A DNA stretch of 64,000 nt from an uncultured delta proteobacterium (GCA_963817385.1 CAWFOM010000005.1:320001-384000); one strand, 5' to 3'; counted from the stretch's first letter, positions 10,146-20,311 are shown. The notes: generated by a model from the sequence alone, not told the origin. Program-made: numbers and translations.

Positions 10146-10174
10146 ACTTTAGAACAAAATCCGCGTGTTGTCAA
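10146..10174 (-). promoter_or_regulatory. Sigma70 promoter for leader and por operon
   Basis: TTGACA-N17-TAAAGT on the minus strand. Confidence 0.7.
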
Positions 10175-10224
10175 TAACGAATTTTGACGCAATAGTTAAT
10201 CGCAGATGTTGTTCGTATCGAAAA

Positions 10225-10400
10225 GCGGACGTGATGCCGCTGGTGTGAAACCTGGAGAGTCCGCATCGGTTAACTTATATGAGCAATGGGGGGATGGAGC
10301 CTTTGGGGCACGGAGGGTGGGCATGCACCCCCGGAGCCTTCCGCGGGTGATTGAGGGCCTGAACTGCACCATCGTACCGGGTGAGATCCGTAGTTTGCAT
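10225..10400 (+). pseudogene. Possible degraded C-terminal fragment of a HAD-family hydrolase
   Basis: AGVKPGES..LYEQ..DGAFGARRVGMHP...IRSL resembles the HAD motif IV region; no N-terminus. Confidence 0.3.
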
Positions 10401-10442
10401 ACGTTTTCTTCCCGAAGCTCGGGGGGGCGGTAGCCGCGGGGG

Positions 10443-11513
10443 TCAGAGGCCTTTCCGGTAGTTCCGCTCGCAGACCTCCGCCTCTTGTATTGCTTTTCTC
10501 ATCTCCGCCTCTCTTGCGTCGGCATTCTTCATGATCGCCGATTTTATTTTCTCCCACTTGGCAATGGCATCGGCGCGTGCAATAAGCCTTCTCGCTCTGA
10601 TAATGACGGCGATGTCGATCATCCTCCCGTCCAGATTTATTGAGGCGATACCTTTCTTCAAGCCTTCTTCCTCAAAGGCATCCAAGATCTTCTTTGCATA
10701 GTCGACTTCCGACGATGATGGCGTGAAGCCCTCGTTGCAGGGAGCAATAGTTGCAGGATGAATGCCGCCGCCGCCCAGCCCGCCCAGCTGGCGTCCCTTG
10801 ATCGCGGCTTCGCGGACAGCATCCGCATAACCAGGATCTCCGAACTTTACGGTTACCCTCTCTCCCAGGCCCGATGACTGCTTCCCCGCAGCAGCAGCCA
10901 CGAGACGCATCCAATCTGCGATGAAGGGGATCTGCGCACTCCAGCCAAAGTCAGGGGGGTTGCCGGGACCGGGCTCTGCTCCCAGGTCTGTCAGCAGGTC
11001 TATGGATGGACCGCCGCTGAACACTTTGATCCTTGGACTGCTGGTGGCGATTTCATAGGCATTCATGATGGAGCTTGCCGTCTCGCAACCGCAGCGAATC
11101 TCGGTACTCCCCGGCTGCATCCCTCTGCTCTTCTCCAGCGCGGTTATGATTTCATCGACCTCACGGACTTCTTGAGCGCAGGAGAGCTTTGGAATGGCGA
11201 TGCCGGTAAGTCCCGGCCAGACACTGGCTTCCAAGTCTTTTCGGGTCATCTCGAACGGGGCCGGGATGTGAAACCGTCCTTTGCCGCCTGCGTTTATCCG
11301 GACGAAGATATCCGAACCTCCCTTCCCGACGATGGGGATATATTCTTTGACAAGCTTCCTCGCATTATCTTTCTCGGTGAAGGGGATGGAGTCCTCCAGA
11401 TCCATTGTAAGGCTGTCTGCATTCCGGGTCCATACTTTCTCGACAAATCTCCAGACGTTTATGGGGAACGTCATTGATGAGCGTCTGATAAGGAGACCGT
11501 CTATCTCAGGCAT
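10443..11513 (-). CDS. CitE/malyl-CoA lyase-like protein (HpcH/HpaI aldolase-citrate lyase family)
   Basis: MDLEDS, FVRIN, IPK, ET, IHP, FTPS, LDGRMID. Confidence 0.85.
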   Translation of the reverse strand: MPEIDGLLIRRSSMTFPINVWRFVEKVWTRNADSLTMDLEDSIPFTEKDNARKLVKEYIPIVGKGGSDIFVRINAGGKGRFHIPAPFEMTRKDLEASVWPGLTGIAIPKLSCAQEVREVDEIITALEKSRGMQPGSTEIRCGCETASSIMNAYEIATSSPRIKVFSGGPSIDLLTDLGAEPGPGNPPDFGWSAQIPFIADWMRLVAAAAGKQSSGLGERVTVKFGDPGYADAVREAAIKGRQLGGLGGGGIHPATIAPCNEGFTPSSSEVDYAKKILDAFEEEGLKKGIASINLDGRMIDIAVIIRARRLIARADAIAKWEKIKSAIMKNADAREAEMRKAIQEAEVCERNYRKGL

Positions 11514-11550
11514 ACATTCTCCTCCAACGATGGGCTTGCGAACGTGTAAT

Positions 11551-12468
11551 CTACTGCATTTGCCGATCTATATCGGTCTCGAGGCCGGCACGGGCGAAGA
11601 TGCGTTTGACTTCGATAATGGTCGGGGGTCCGACCAGGACGCCGTCAAGCGTCACCTCGCCGTACCGTTTCTCTCTCCCTTCCTTGATCGCCGCCACCAC
11701 GCGTTTGGCCCATTCCAGCTTCTCGGGCGCCGGACTGAAGACCCTGTTGATCGGCTCGACGTGCGTCGGGTGGATGCAGGATCTGCCGTCAAAGCCCATT
11801 GATTTCGCCCATTCGCTGTCCTTGATGAGCCCCTCGATGTCCTTCACCACCGGGTACATCCCCGTCATCGGGCTGATGCCGGCGGCGCGGCAGATGGTAA
11901 GCACCTTCGACTGCGCATATACGGACTCCAGCTTGTCCGCTCTCCTCTCGCACTGCATTTGTGCACGGTAGTCAAGTCCCGTCCCTCCGCCCATGATGGC
12001 TATCCTCGGACTGGCGTTTGCAATCTCCCAGGCATTCACGACCCCGAGCGGGCTCTCCAGGGAGGCGCCGATCCTGACGCTTCCTTGCGGGAGACCGCGG
12101 AGCGCCTCGAGATAACCCAGAACGGCATCGATCTTCTGAATTTGTATCGCCGTCTCCGTCTTCGGCACACGGATAAAATACAGTTGTTTGCAGACGATGG
12201 CATCCAGGTCTTCCTGCCATAGGCTCGTGTCCATGCCGTTGATGCGGACAGCCGCCTTCACTCGTCCCCAGTTGAGGTTTTCCATCGCCTCCCGAGCATA
12301 TTTCCTCCCGTTGGCCTTCTCCGCGGGCGGGCAGGCGTCCTCCAGGTCCATTATGAGCGCATCCGCCCCCGTTGCCAGCGCCTTGGGAATCAGGTTGTCC
12401 CGGTGGGCCGGCACAAACAGAGCAGACCGAAGCAGTGTAGGTTCACCCCTCTCCGCAATCGATATCAT
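11551..12468 (-). CDS. CitE/malyl-CoA lyase-like protein (start 12468, alternatively 12519)
   Basis: RSALFVPA, DLEDAC, VRING, VPKTET, ESPLG, GFDGRSCIHP. Confidence 0.9.
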   Translation of the reverse strand: MISIAERGEPTLLRSALFVPAHRDNLIPKALATGADALIMDLEDACPPAEKANGRKYAREAMENLNWGRVKAAVRINGMDTSLWQEDLDAIVCKQLYFIRVPKTETAIQIQKIDAVLGYLEALRGLPQGSVRIGASLESPLGVVNAWEIANASPRIAIMGGGTGLDYRAQMQCERRADKLESVYAQSKVLTICRAAGISPMTGMYPVVKDIEGLIKDSEWAKSMGFDGRSCIHPTHVEPINRVFSPAPEKLEWAKRVVAAIKEGREKRYGEVTLDGVLVGPPTIIEVKRIFARAGLETDIDRQMQ

Positions 12469-12550
12469 TTTACCCTCCATAAACGGTTGATCGGACGCCT
12501 GCAACGCACCGGCGTACATGGAATTGGTTCTCCGTACCTTTTGAAATCCG

Positions 12551-13045
12551 CTACCAATCCAAAAGGCCGGGAGGAAGCCTCATCATAAGCAATTTCGACA
12601 TTGCAAAATAGATCGCGAAGCTGAATATCAAGGCAGAAACGATATTCCTAACCCATTTGCCTTTCTGTATGACGCGGGCTTGATAAATCACCAGCAGGGA
12701 GGTGCAGATGATGAACCCCACCGCGTTGAGGGATACCACGTAAAGCAACAATCCCGCAATCGTCAATACCCCGGTCATTTCAGGTTTTCTGTACCACTTC
12801 CTGTCCATTTCAGGTGCGGAAGTATCCGCGCGGGGTAACGACTTCCGTTTTTCGCGGATTGTCTGAAGATACAGAAAGACGGCGCATACGATCATGAGGC
12901 CCAGAATTCCTATGGGCCAGACATGAGGACCAATGGCCTGCGGCATATTGGGTCTGGGTGCCTTGTGCGCCACGATGATCAGGAATATGGCCACGGGGAT
13001 TGTCAGGATAACCACGAAACGATCAAAGGTGAACAGGTCTTTCAT
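12551..13045 (-). CDS. tctB: Tripartite tricarboxylate transporter small membrane subunit
   Basis: 4-5 TM helices, IGP..WP, GF..T, LPPG C-terminus; adjacent to tctA. Confidence 0.85.
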   Translation of the reverse strand: MKDLFTFDRFVVILTIPVAIFLIIVAHKAPRPNMPQAIGPHVWPIGILGLMIVCAVFLYLQTIREKRKSLPRADTSAPEMDRKWYRKPEMTGVLTIAGLLLYVVSLNAVGFIICTSLLVIYQARVIQKGKWVRNIVSALIFSFAIYFAMSKLLMMRLPPGLLDW

Positions 13046-13119
13046 AATTGCTCCTCTCGCTCAATCTTGATTCTTAAGTTCGATTTTGTCAATACACCCG
13101 CTTGATCTCATCGGCTCCG

Positions 13120-14628
13120 CTATCCCGCATTCTCCGGCCGTCGCCGGTAGAACTTCATGAACGAATAGACCAGTGATATGATCGCTGCAATCATGATGGC
13201 CAGCGAAATCGGCCGGGTGAAAAAGATCGTGGGATCTCCGTTCGAAATGGACATCGAACGTCGAAATCCCTGTTCCAGCAGATCCCCCAAAACCAGTCCG
13301 AGGAGCAATGGGGCTACCGGATACTTGTGCTTTTGCGTGAAGTAGCCGAAGACACCGAAAATTACCATGATATACAACTCTGTTATCGAGGATTTTCTCG
13401 TAAAAACCCCTAAAGCGCAGAGGGCGATCACGAAGCCGTTGAGTAAAGCTTCCGGTACGTCCAGGAGCCTCGCAAAGACGTTGACCAGCGGCAGATTCAA
13501 AATGAGGAGCATGACATTCCCGATATAGAGACTTGCGAGAACCGCCCAGAAAAATTGGGGGTTGGTCTCCATAAGGAGGGGTCCGGGTCTCAGGCCGTAC
13601 ATCAGAAAAGCGCCCAGCAACAAGGCGGTGGAAGCGTTTCCCGGTATGCCAAGGGTCAACAACGGCACCAAATTCGCCCCGTTGTTGGCATTGTTGGATG
13701 CCTCTACCGCCGCAACCCCCTCTATGGCTCCCTTCCCGAACTTTTCCGGGTGTTTGGAAACTTGCTTCTCAAGGCCATACGACAGAATGGTGGCAGTCAT
13801 GCCGCCCAAGCCGGGAAGCACACCGGTCGCAAAACCGATGAACGTACCACGAACGTAAGGCATGAAGGATTCCTTCAGTTCGCTCCAGGTAATCCACAAT
13901 CCCGCACCCTTAATCCGGTCCCGCGGTGGTTTGAACCCGAATCTCCAGACCCGTTCTGATTCCTCCATAACTATGGTCACGCCAAACATCCCGATAGCGA
14001 CCACAATGAAATTAATTCCATCCATGAGGTCGTCCGAGCCGAAGGCGAAACGGATTTGGCCGGTCTGTTGATCGGCTCCCACGACCGCCAAGAGCAGGCC
14101 CAAGAGAACCATGAAGATCCCCTTGAGGGGAGATTCGGTAGAAAGACTGCCCACCATGGTCAAGGCCAGCAGCATGACGGCAAAATATTCGGGAGGCCCG
14201 AATTTCATCCCCAGCGAAGAGATGGGAGTTGCCAGGAACATGAGAAGGACCGCAGCCACGGTGCCGGCAAAGAAGGAGCCGATGGCCGAGGTGGCAAGGG
14301 CAGCCTTCGCTCTCCCCTGTTTCGCCATCGGGTATCCGTCCAGGCACGTCATCATGGAAGAACCCTCTCCGGGAATGTTGACGAGGATGGAGGTGGTAGA
14401 CCCGCCGTAACTGGAGCCGTAATGTATGCCCGCCAGCATGATTACTGCCGCAATAGGATCCATGCCATAGGTCATGGGGAGGAGAATCGCCATCGTGCTT
14501 AAAGAACCGAGCCCCGGCAAAACCCCGACGATGGTGCCGAGTAAGACCCCGAAAAAGCACCACCACAGGTTCTGCAGCGAAAGAGCCGTTCCGAACCCCA
14601 TGGAAAGATTTGAAATGAAAGAATCCAT
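13120..14628 (-). CDS. tctA: Tripartite tricarboxylate transporter large membrane subunit
   Basis: GVLPGLG, YGGS...NIPG, DGYPMAKQG, FGPPEYF, LGIPG, PGPLL. Confidence 0.95.
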   Translation of the reverse strand: MDSFISNLSMGFGTALSLQNLWWCFFGVLLGTIVGVLPGLGSLSTMAILLPMTYGMDPIAAVIMLAGIHYGSSYGGSTTSILVNIPGEGSSMMTCLDGYPMAKQGRAKAALATSAIGSFFAGTVAAVLLMFLATPISSLGMKFGPPEYFAVMLLALTMVGSLSTESPLKGIFMVLLGLLLAVVGADQQTGQIRFAFGSDDLMDGINFIVVAIGMFGVTIVMEESERVWRFGFKPPRDRIKGAGLWITWSELKESFMPYVRGTFIGFATGVLPGLGGMTATILSYGLEKQVSKHPEKFGKGAIEGVAAVEASNNANNGANLVPLLTLGIPGNASTALLLGAFLMYGLRPGPLLMETNPQFFWAVLASLYIGNVMLLILNLPLVNVFARLLDVPEALLNGFVIALCALGVFTRKSSITELYIMVIFGVFGYFTQKHKYPVAPLLLGLVLGDLLEQGFRRSMSISNGDPTIFFTRPISLAIMIAAIISLVYSFMKFYRRRPENAG

Positions 14629-14871
14629 CGGAAAACCTCCTTTGTGTTTTACCTGCGCAAGAATGCACGTCCCTATGACACCCTCCCGGATCGGGACCGC
14701 TATCCGGTCTAAGAAATACGCCAGTTTCTTCTGGTGTGCTCTTCAAGCTCCGGAATTCGCACGAACCCGAACCCACCAAGAGTAAAAATCATGGGGAGGG
14801 CGGGTAATAAAGAAATCCGCTGATGGCACGACGGATGATCTTTATCCCGCTCCCGGAATTGTTGAATCCGG

Positions 14872-14905
14872 TGCGTCCCCCCCGGTGGAGCCCGGGGGGG
14901 ACGCA
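14872..14905 (-). other. Perfect 14-bp stem-loop downstream of tctC (mRNA stabiliser or terminator-like)
   Basis: tgcgtcccccccgg-tggagc-ccgggggggacgca; no U-tract. Confidence 0.6.
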
Positions 14906-14977
14906 GGAGGAATTACCCGCTCCTCTGTTTTTCAAATCTACCGTGAGCGGTTATCAGAACTCTTCCACGAAACTTCC

Positions 14978-15994
14978 CTACTTCTTGGGAGTCATCCCTA
15001 ATCTCGTCAACACGTCCGTGACGACGGCTTGCTTCTTGTCCAGTACGTCCTTCAGGCCTTCGATCATAAAAGCATCATCCCATTGGTATCTCGATATCGT
15101 CTGCTTCCAGGTAGGGGTCTTAACCATCTTGGTAAATATATCAAGCCAGTATTTTCTGGCATAGTCCGGAAAATCGGGTCCGGCGAACGTGTAGCGCATA
15201 TTTGCCCACTCAAAATCAACACCCGATTCTTTAAGGGTGGGAACATCCTTCAAAACCGGGTGCGCATACCGTTTCGGCGCGCTGACCGCCAATAACCGGA
15301 TTTTTTTTCCTTCAACGAGCCCCAATTGCTCATCCACCGAGTTAATTGCCGCCTTGGAACTTCCTTCCAGGATGGCCATACTGGTCTCCGCACCCCCGCT
15401 GTAAACAACGTAGGTGATCTTGTTGATATCCACGCCGGCTTTCATGAACGTTGCACCGTAAAACGGACGGTCATCCGACCCTCCTCCGCAGATGGGAGTT
15501 TTTTCCGGCCTCTCCTTTAAGTCCTTGACCAGATCTCCCAGTGTTTTATAGGGCGAATCCATCCTGACCGCGATTCCGTAATAGGTGTTGATCAGACCGG
15601 CGAGCGGCAGATAATCCTTGTGATAGTAAGGACTGGCTCCTGTGGCATACCGCATCATTCCGTTGATGGATTGGACGGAAATCATGTAGGGATCGCCCTT
15701 ATACCGTGTGACGGTCATGGCAAGTCCCTGCGACGCGTTTGTCGCGTTCTCAACAGGCATCGGCACCGTAACGAGCTTCTCCTTCGTGAGCGTGTTGACA
15801 ATTGCCCGCGTCGTCGTGTCGAAACCGCTTCCCGGAGTTGACAGGGCGTAAAACAAGATTGGCTTGGAGGGATAATCGGCCCCTGCGGCGGCAAAGACCG
15901 GCGCTCCGACGAAAGCCATGAATCCAAGCAAAAGAATTATCATTCCGAATGAAACTAACCGTTTCCCTTGCACCTTACAAGACACTCTTTTCAT
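14978..15994 (-). CDS. tctC: Tripartite tricarboxylate transporter substrate-binding protein (Bug/TctC)
   Basis: AGGAGG SD, signal peptide, YPSKPI, PGSGFD..R, YSGGAE, DVPTLKESG. Confidence 0.9.
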   Translation of the reverse strand: MKRVSCKVQGKRLVSFGMIILLLGFMAFVGAPVFAAAGADYPSKPILFYALSTPGSGFDTTTRAIVNTLTKEKLVTVPMPVENATNASQGLAMTVTRYKGDPYMISVQSINGMMRYATGASPYYHKDYLPLAGLINTYYGIAVRMDSPYKTLGDLVKDLKERPEKTPICGGGSDDRPFYGATFMKAGVDINKITYVVYSGGAETSMAILEGSSKAAINSVDEQLGLVEGKKIRLLAVSAPKRYAHPVLKDVPTLKESGVDFEWANMRYTFAGPDFPDYARKYWLDIFTKMVKTPTWKQTISRYQWDDAFMIEGLKDVLDKKQAVVTDVLTRLGMTPKK

Positions 15995-16159
15995 AACCGT
16001 CCTCCTATTCAGATAATGTAACACATGCCTCACTACCAGCCCTTCCCGTTCTTCCACCGCTTCCCACAAGAAAAAACCGATTCTTCTTTGTCATCCCGTG
16101 AGCAAGACGAGCAGTCCGGATCACTCCCCGCGTATCCGAGAGCATATTATCTCGTCCTC

Positions 16160-17242
16160 CTATTGACTCAGAAACACCGAACATTCCCCCGGATCAAAAT
16201 GAACGGTCGCATGATCACCAAGAATTTCCTTACGGGTATGGAACAGAAAATCTCTGTCGGTGTCGTTGACGATGTATTCATAGTACGTTCCTAAGTATTG
16301 ACCGCCTACTACTCTGACAGTGAAAATATTGGGATCCTTACTATCTACCTCAGAATTGGCAATCAACTGAATATTCTGAGGCCGGATGGCCATCGTTGCT
16401 TTCTTCCCGAGGGCCGCGTCCATAATCGTGGGCACGATAAGCACCCGGCCATTGGACAACTGCAAGGTCATTCGGTCCCTCTGCATCGATTGAATGGTCC
16501 CCTCAAAAAAATTATTGGTGCCCATGAAATCGGCGACAAACGGAACGCTCGGCTTCTCGAATATCTCCGTCGGTCTCCCGATCTGAAGAATCTTCCCGTC
16601 TTTCATCACCGCAATTCGATCCGAGAGGGCCAGCGATTCCAGCTGATCATGGGTGACATAGATGGTCGTAGTGCCGATCCGCCTTTGAACCTGTCGCAGC
16701 CAGAACCGGGCCCGTTCCCGCAATTTGGCGTCGAGATTGGATAATGGCTCATCCAGCAGGAGGATGGAAGGTTCGTATACGAGTGCGCGGGCCAGTGCCA
16801 CCCGTTGTTGTTGGCCGCCGGAAAGCTCATGAGGGTAACGCTTTTCCAATCCGCTCAATTCCACCACCTGCATGATCTTTTCGACCCGCTGACGGATCTC
16901 CTGTCCGCCATATTTCCGGAGACGCAACGGAAGATCAATATTGGCTTCAACCGTCTTGTGAGGCCAAAGGGCATAGGATTGGAAAACAAGTCCTGCATTC
17001 CTGTTCTCCGGCGGGAGGTCTATCGATCGGCTGGAATCGAAAAACATTTTGTCGCCTACCCGAATCGTCCCCTGATCCGGGGTCTCCAGACCAGCCAGGC
17101 AATTGAGCGTTGTCGTCTTGCCGCATCCGCTCGGTCCCAGGAGCGTGACAAATTCCCCATCCTCAACAGCAAGCGTCACTCCATCAATCGCCTTCACTGA
17201 TCCAAACCGCTTCTGCAAACCGTCAATCAATAGTTTAGCCAT
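16160..17242 (-). CDS. ABC transporter ATP-binding protein (FbpC/PotA-like)
   Basis: GPSGCGKT, LSGGQQQR, LLLDEP, TOBE-like C-terminus. Confidence 0.95.
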   Translation of the reverse strand: MAKLLIDGLQKRFGSVKAIDGVTLAVEDGEFVTLLGPSGCGKTTTLNCLAGLETPDQGTIRVGDKMFFDSSRSIDLPPENRNAGLVFQSYALWPHKTVEANIDLPLRLRKYGGQEIRQRVEKIMQVVELSGLEKRYPHELSGGQQQRVALARALVYEPSILLLDEPLSNLDAKLRERARFWLRQVQRRIGTTTIYVTHDQLESLALSDRIAVMKDGKILQIGRPTEIFEKPSVPFVADFMGTNNFFEGTIQSMQRDRMTLQLSNGRVLIVPTIMDAALGKKATMAIRPQNIQLIANSEVDSKDPNIFTVRVVGGQYLGTYYEYIVNDTDRDFLFHTRKEILGDHATVHFDPGECSVFLSQ

Positions 17243-18965
17243 AAATTTTCACCCTCAGTACCCGACTGGCGAAGATTACCACAACCGCCGTAAGGATCAA
17301 TTGAACCACGGACATCGCCGTTGCCGTCCCCGCTTCTCCTTGAAACCAGTGATTCAACATTACCACCCCGGCGACCTCTGATCCCGGAGCCATGATAAAC
17401 AGCGCAGCGCTATACTCTTTCGTAAAAATTACCAGGAGAAGCAAGAATGTCGATAAGATTGCCGGCTTCAGCAACGGAATCACCGCCAGGCGAACCGCTG
17501 TCCACCAATCCCCCCCCGACACCCTTACGGCGTTATCCATCTCTTCGCTGATCCGTAAGATCGGAGCGGAAATGTTACCGAAACCACTCGGCATGTGTCG
17601 CACGGTGTAAACCAGGATCAGTCCCCAGATCGTGCTGCGTATCGGGCCGAGAAAGGGAAACATGATGAACCCCATAAAAAAACCAAACCCGATAATGATG
17701 CTCGGAACCGCACGGGGGAAAAATGCCACGAAATTGAGGATTGTCTTACCGGGGAAATTTGATCGACGACCTATCAGAGCTATCAGAATGAGGAAGGCCG
17801 TAGACAAGGCGCCTCCTATGACGGCTATGTACATGGCATTCCAAATAGACATGTAATTTGTCGAATTTGTAATGATATTCTCGTAGTTGTCTAACGTCAA
17901 CATCTCCCAAAAGGGAATGAATGGCGACAATACCGCGACAAACGATCTCAGAACAACCGCACCCAACGGAAGGATAATGGTCACCATAAGCCAAAGGAAA
18001 ACGAGGCCGACAACCACGGGCTTCATCACCCCCAACCGTATCTTCCGGGGCGCCGTGGCTTTCCCTCGAATCGTAACAAACCGTCTGACGTTCCGCAGCA
18101 GTCTCTCCTGAATCACAATCATGCCGGTAACCAACGCCACGACCACCATGGCACCGCTGGCCACCAATCCATAGTCGGGACGCACCGCCTGGATCCCCTG
18201 TTCGTAGAGAAAGGAAGTAAACATCAGGATTCCCACCGGCTTCCCCAGCAGCACCGGTGTGCTGAAGGCTTCCAAGGCGCCCGTGAAACTCAGGACGGCT
18301 GCGAAGAGAAGCGATGGCCGAAGAAGAGGGAGAGTAACCGAACCAATCGCTCGATACGGCCCGGCGCCCGATACCCTCGCCGCATCCTCGAGGCTGGAGT
18401 CTGCCAGGACCACGGATGACGAACAGAAAAGAAACGACACCGGCGCCCCGTGGATCGCCGAAACCACCGCCATCCCTGGAATGGTATAGAGGTTCCAGGG
18501 AACAAACCCGATGAATTGCTGCAGGTAATTCGAGATCATCCCCTTAGGACCGTACATAAGTATGTAACCGAATACCATGATGATTGTTGATACGAAAAAT
18601 GGCCAGAGAAATATACTCCGCCAAAGACGATCAAACGGCAGATCCGTCCGATTGACAAAAATGGCAGCCAAGGCCCCCAGGAAAACGGACGCGGTGGAAG
18701 CCATCAGCGCGAACAGGAACGAGTTGAGTACCGTCTGGTGAAAGAGCGGATTGGTGAAGAGGTTCAGATAATTGTTCAGGGTGAGACGACTTGCCGCTTC
18801 ATAAATAGGACGGTCAAGAAAAGATTGATAGGCAAGGGGAACCAGGGGGAAAGCCACCGACAGGATGGCCGTGAGGGCTCCCGACCACTGTATTACCGGA
18901 CTACGTTTGGGCCACAACAACCGCATCGCGGACATTCTCCTTAGCAATTCATATTCTCGGGGCAA
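17235..18965 (-). CDS. ABC transporter permease, fused two-domain Fe3+/FbpB type
   Basis: About 12 TM helices; two EAA loops (LEDAARVSGA, MDNAVRVSGG). Confidence 0.9.
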   Translation of the reverse strand: MPREYELLRRMSAMRLLWPKRSPVIQWSGALTAILSVAFPLVPLAYQSFLDRPIYEAASRLTLNNYLNLFTNPLFHQTVLNSFLFALMASTASVFLGALAAIFVNRTDLPFDRLWRSIFLWPFFVSTIIMVFGYILMYGPKGMISNYLQQFIGFVPWNLYTIPGMAVVSAIHGAPVSFLFCSSSVVLADSSLEDAARVSGAGPYRAIGSVTLPLLRPSLLFAAVLSFTGALEAFSTPVLLGKPVGILMFTSFLYEQGIQAVRPDYGLVASGAMVVVALVTGMIVIQERLLRNVRRFVTIRGKATAPRKIRLGVMKPVVVGLVFLWLMVTIILPLGAVVLRSFVAVLSPFIPFWEMLTLDNYENIITNSTNYMSIWNAMYIAVIGGALSTAFLILIALIGRRSNFPGKTILNFVAFFPRAVPSIIIGFGFFMGFIMFPFLGPIRSTIWGLILVYTVRHMPSGFGNISAPILRISEEMDNAVRVSGGDWWTAVRLAVIPLLKPAILSTFLLLLVIFTKEYSAALFIMAPGSEVAGVVMLNHWFQGEAGTATAMSVVQLILTAVVVIFASRVLRVKIYG

Positions 18966-19100
18966 TGTTAGGTAATTTGATCCCTCATGTCGACTTCAGC
19001 AGCCGCCAATGATCAAAGGATACTCACCTCGCCCTCCCCCCGAAACGGCGGGGAAGGAAGGCAAGGCTCCTATCCGAAACTGCCGGGGCTTTGCGTATTG

Positions 19101-20219
19101 CTACTTCTTTCCGAAAACGGCTTGGCGCCACCGGCTCTGAACCGCCTTAAACTTCGCCTCATTGCCGTAGTCGGGATCCCACCCGACAACAACCATATTT
19201 TTCTCACCGATGGCTTTTATGAGTCCCGCAACATGCAGCGTTGGCTCTGGGATTTTTTCTGCCGCATCCGGTCGGTAAACGGTAAAGTTACCCTTGCTCA
19301 TCGCCACCTGCCCATCCTGGGAAAGGAGAAAATCAAGCAGTAATTTAGCAGAATTGGGGTTAGATGCTTTAACAGTAATACCCATGCCCCGTACCAGGAC
19401 AACGTTTCCATCTTCCGTGTATTTCCACCCAATAAGGTTGCCTGCTCTCTTCGCCGTAGAAGAGGCCAGATTGATGGCGCTAAAATTCCAGCTCATCATA
19501 TACTCGCCTGACAGGATCTTTTCGAGCTGGTCACCACCTGAACTGCCGGGACGCGTTAACGGCCCGATGATGTCCAGCCAGGTCCAGAACTTTTCGCCAT
19601 GATGCTTATAGAGTCCAAAAGCTGAATATCCACCAAAGGCGGCTTCGTTGTAGGATGTGAGTCTCCCCCGGAAGAATTCAGGCTTTTTTTGGACTTTTTC
19701 TGCGAAGTCAGCCATCCCCTTAGGAATCATATCTGCCGGAAATATTTTGGTGTTCCATAACATAATGGACGGATCGGCGGAGAAGCTATAGACGGTCTCC
19801 TGTTGTGATGACCACTTGGGTAGATGGGGAATTTCCGGAGATGGATAGCGCAGGAGTCTCTTTTCTCCGAGGAGCCTGGCCCATCCGGGGGCTGATTGAG
19901 TAATCAGAAAATCTGCAGTAGGAGTGCCCGTTTCAGATTCGGCGATGTACCGCGGTAAGACCTCGGACCCCCCCAAGTCCAAAAGTTTAATGTTGATCCA
20001 GGGGTACAGCTTACTGAAGACGGCCAATATGGGTTTCCAATTGTCAGTCGACACATTCGAGTAGATATACAGCCCTTTCTCCGCGCGCGACCCCTCGATA
20101 ATTTTGTCATAATCTTTTGGGTAGTAATTCGGCGCTGCTGCCGCCAAAGCCGGAATCCCCATAAAAGCAACCACGAGCAATAGAAAGATTACCGCTGAGA
20201 TTTTCTTCGCCTGATACAT
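19101..20219 (-). CDS. ABC transporter substrate-binding protein (AfuA/FbpA-like family)
   Basis: Signal peptide, LYIYS, NPNSAKLLLDFLLSQDGQ; upstream of permease and ATPase. Confidence 0.88.
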   Translation of the reverse strand: MYQAKKISAVIFLLLVVAFMGIPALAAAAPNYYPKDYDKIIEGSRAEKGLYIYSNVSTDNWKPILAVFSKLYPWINIKLLDLGGSEVLPRYIAESETGTPTADFLITQSAPGWARLLGEKRLLRYPSPEIPHLPKWSSQQETVYSFSADPSIMLWNTKIFPADMIPKGMADFAEKVQKKPEFFRGRLTSYNEAAFGGYSAFGLYKHHGEKFWTWLDIIGPLTRPGSSGGDQLEKILSGEYMMSWNFSAINLASSTAKRAGNLIGWKYTEDGNVVLVRGMGITVKASNPNSAKLLLDFLLSQDGQVAMSKGNFTVYRPDAAEKIPEPTLHVAGLIKAIGEKNMVVVGWDPDYGNEAKFKAVQSRWRQAVFGKK

Positions 20220-20311
20220 AACCTTCCCTCCTTGTTTTTTGTTTTTGCCCCTGCCATAACGTATGCAACTCCTAAGATCAAAACGTCCATTATATCAAGA
20301 GATACGATTTT

